DNA of 32,000 bases from an uncultured bacterium (GTDB taxonomy: Bacteria; Patescibacteriota; Gracilibacteria; UBA1369; PNNO01), in contig OY969931.1 of NCBI GenBank assembly GCA_963704705.1, positions 90,001-122,000 of the forward strand. Reading direction: 5' to 3'. Below are positions 30,655 through 32,000 of the stretch, piece by piece. Numbering within the stretch: position 1 is the first letter of the stretch; each line of letters starts with the position of its first letter. The translations under genes and the position numbers were made by a program. Below the pieces are notes generated by a model. The model searched no databases, had not been told where the DNA came from, and saw nothing but the letters and a program-made list of their open reading frames with translations.

Positions 30655-30945
30655 ATGTACAAATGTCAGTCATGTGGATTCACATCTGAACAAGCGGGTG
30701 AACATTGTGGTATGCCTATGGTAGAGGTAGCTACAACACCTACGGAAGGAGCGCCAGCTCCAGCAGAATCAGCACCAGCGCCTGAAGCGCCAGCGCCAGC
30801 ACCAGCACCTGAAGCGCCAGCACCAGCACCAGCGCCTGAAGCGCCAGCACCAGCTGAACCAGCTCCGGGCACACCAGCGTCTGCGCCTGAAATGCCTGCA
30901 ACTCCGGCTGCTGAGCCGCCTGTTGAAGAAAAACCTCCAATGTAA
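30655..30945 (+). CDS. Small zinc-ribbon-like protein with an Ala/Pro-rich repetitive tail
   Basis: 96 aa. MYKCQSCGFTSEQAGEHCGMPM (CxxC...HC), then (APAPAPAPE)n and a PA-rich tail. Both antisense track ORFs over this region are low-complexity artefacts. Confidence 0.6.
   Translation: MYKCQSCGFTSEQAGEHCGMPMVEVATTPTEGAPAPAESAPAPEAPAPAPAPEAPAPAPAPEAPAPAEPAPGTPASAPEMPATPAAEPPVEEKPPM
30787..30858 (+). repeat. 27-nt in-frame tandem repeat (2.7 copies) encoding APAPAPAPE
   Basis: gcgccagcgccagcaccagcacctgaa (30787-30813), gcgccagcaccagcaccagcgcctgaa (30814-30840) and a partial gcgccagcaccagctgaa (30841-30858). Confidence 0.85.
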
Positions 30946-30955
30946 AACTAATTCA

Positions 30956-31816
30956 ATGCTAAAAATATTTTTAAAAGCATTTAAGGAATGGGGTAATGGC
31001 AGAGCATCAAATTATGCCGCTGCCCTTACGTTTTACGCATTATTTGCCCTTGCACCTATAATCATTATTGTGATTGCGGGTGCAGGGGCTATTTTTGGTG
31101 AACAGGCAGCAAGAGGAGAGATTGTTGTACAAATTCAATCTCTTGTTGGACACGAAATTGCTTCTGCGATTCAGGTAATTATTGAAAATGCAAATATAAG
31201 CAGCGGTAATATTATCATTGCTACTTTAAGTTTCTTATTGTTCTTATTTGCTGCAAGCAGAATAGTAACAAGTTTAAAATATGCTTTAAACAGAACATGG
31301 GATAAAGAACTAACAAGATTTAAAAAGGTCCATCACGCTATAAAATCACAATTTTTATCAATGCTCGCAATAGTCGCTTTTGGATTTTTGCTTGTTTTAC
31401 TTATTTTAGTAAGTGGAATTATGGCTACTGTATGGGTCTATTTGGCAAATTTTTTGCCAGTCGGATCATCACTGTTTCAAATTTTGAATATAATAATTTC
31501 TTTCGGTGTAATAACTTTTGTAATTGCGGCAATAAATAAATATTTACCGGATATTGAGATAGCATGGAAAGATGTTTGGATTGGTGCCGCAGTAACAACA
31601 ATACTCTTTATGCTTGGAAATTATTTGATAGGTTTATATTTGCGCAATGTTTCAGTTGGTTCGGTTTATGGAGCTGCCGGATCACTCGTGCTTATATTGA
31701 TTTGGCTTTATTACAGCTTCCAGATTTTTCTTTTCGGAGCTGAATTTACAAGGGTATATTCGGAAAACAAAGGTACATACCGTGGAATTTTTAAGAAAAT
31801 TTTAGATTTATTTTAG
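30956..31816 (+). CDS. YihY/BrkB (formerly 'RNase BN') family membrane protein
   Basis: MLKIFLKAFKEWGNGRASNYAAALTFYALFALAPIIII...GSLVLILIWLYYSFQIFLFGAEFTRVY are the family N- and C-terminal signatures. The track start 30923 overlaps the upstream gene by 23 nt, so ATG 30956 is preferred. Confidence 0.85.
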   Translation: MLKIFLKAFKEWGNGRASNYAAALTFYALFALAPIIIIVIAGAGAIFGEQAARGEIVVQIQSLVGHEIASAIQVIIENANISSGNIIIATLSFLLFLFAASRIVTSLKYALNRTWDKELTRFKKVHHAIKSQFLSMLAIVAFGFLLVLLILVSGIMATVWVYLANFLPVGSSLFQILNIIISFGVITFVIAAINKYLPDIEIAWKDVWIGAAVTTILFMLGNYLIGLYLRNVSVGSVYGAAGSLVLILIWLYYSFQIFLFGAEFTRVYSENKGTYRGIFKKILDLF

Positions 31817-31824
31817 ATTTTTTT

Positions 31825-31856
31825 AACAGAAATTTAATTTTTTTCTGTTTTAATTT
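31825..31856 (+). terminator. AT-rich intrinsic terminator after the yihY-like gene
   Basis: AACAGAAA-(9 nt loop)-TTTCTGTT followed by the T-rich TTAATTT. Confidence 0.45.
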
Positions 31857-31875
31857 AGCCCCTAACTAATAAATC

Positions 31876-32000
31876 ATGGCTGAACTTTTTCTTATTTCCC
31901 CGCATTATCCCCTTAAATTTTTACAGTTTATTAAGAAGCAGATAACAGAACAGGGGTTAAATTGTGAAGTATTAAGTTCACCAATTGAAGCGCTAACTAA
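31876..32000 (+). CDS. 5' end of an unidentified ORF running off the window
   Basis: From ATG 31876 the frame is open to the window end (MAELFLISPHYPLKFLQFIKKQITEQGLNCEVLSSPIEALT). It is too short to assign. Confidence 0.35.
   Translation, partial: MAELFLISPHYPLKFLQFIKKQITEQGLNCEVLSSPIEALT

Noticed and set aside
30750-30860. Tandem repeats considered as a CRISPR-like or non-coding array
   Set aside because: The units are contiguous with no spacers, are 27 nt long (in-frame), and differ only at synonymous positions. They form a coding low-complexity repeat, and no cas genes are present.
30666-30940. Minus-strand ORFs 30666..30872 and 30740..30940 (GAGA-rich and LQAL-rich peptides)
   Set aside because: These are antisense or frame-shifted readings of the GC-rich Ala/Pro repeat. 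They are pure low complexity, have no start context, and are artefacts of the repeat.

Overview
AT-rich bacterial chromosomal window (roughly mid-30s % G+C by eye), densely coding on both strands, with about 31 protein genes and one tRNA-Ser. Most of it is housekeeping or envelope biology: dnaB (partial, at the window start), yraN, comM/yifB, murJ, murA, argS, lgt, sodA, ribD, zupT and a CNNM/CorC-type transporter. These are interleaved with secreted or anchored surface proteins: two SLH-domain proteins, an FN3/Ig-like protein ending in LPETG, a PEGA-domain protein and a C39-like peptidase. The style (stand-alone ComEC-type MBL domain, SLH surface proteins, no Shine-Dalgarno motifs, promoters almost touching start codons) fits a small-genome uncultivated lineage such as Patescibacteria/CPR, but that placement is inference only. 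I found no CRISPR array, transposase, integrase, rRNA or recognisable defence system. Five items deserve a second look. (1) A ~0.3 kb, ~56% G+C island between zupT and lgt carries the only perfect Shine-Dalgarno in the window and a GC3-biased 68-codon ORF. (2) A eukaryote/archaeal-type (IIIA) plasma-membrane H+ P-type ATPase is bracketed by two ~80% identical glycine-zipper mini membrane proteins that share a 20-nt upstream motif. (3) An arginyl-tRNA synthetase carries an N-terminal B3/B4 (PheRS-beta editing-like) domain fusion. (4) An exosortase/archaeosortase-like polytopic protein occurs alongside a surface protein whose C-terminal signal is ambiguous between LPXTG and PEP-CTERM. (5) Three palindromic boxes at exact 18-bp spacing lie in the divergent murJ/murA promoter region. 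All family assignments come from motif recognition by eye; no searches or alignments were run.
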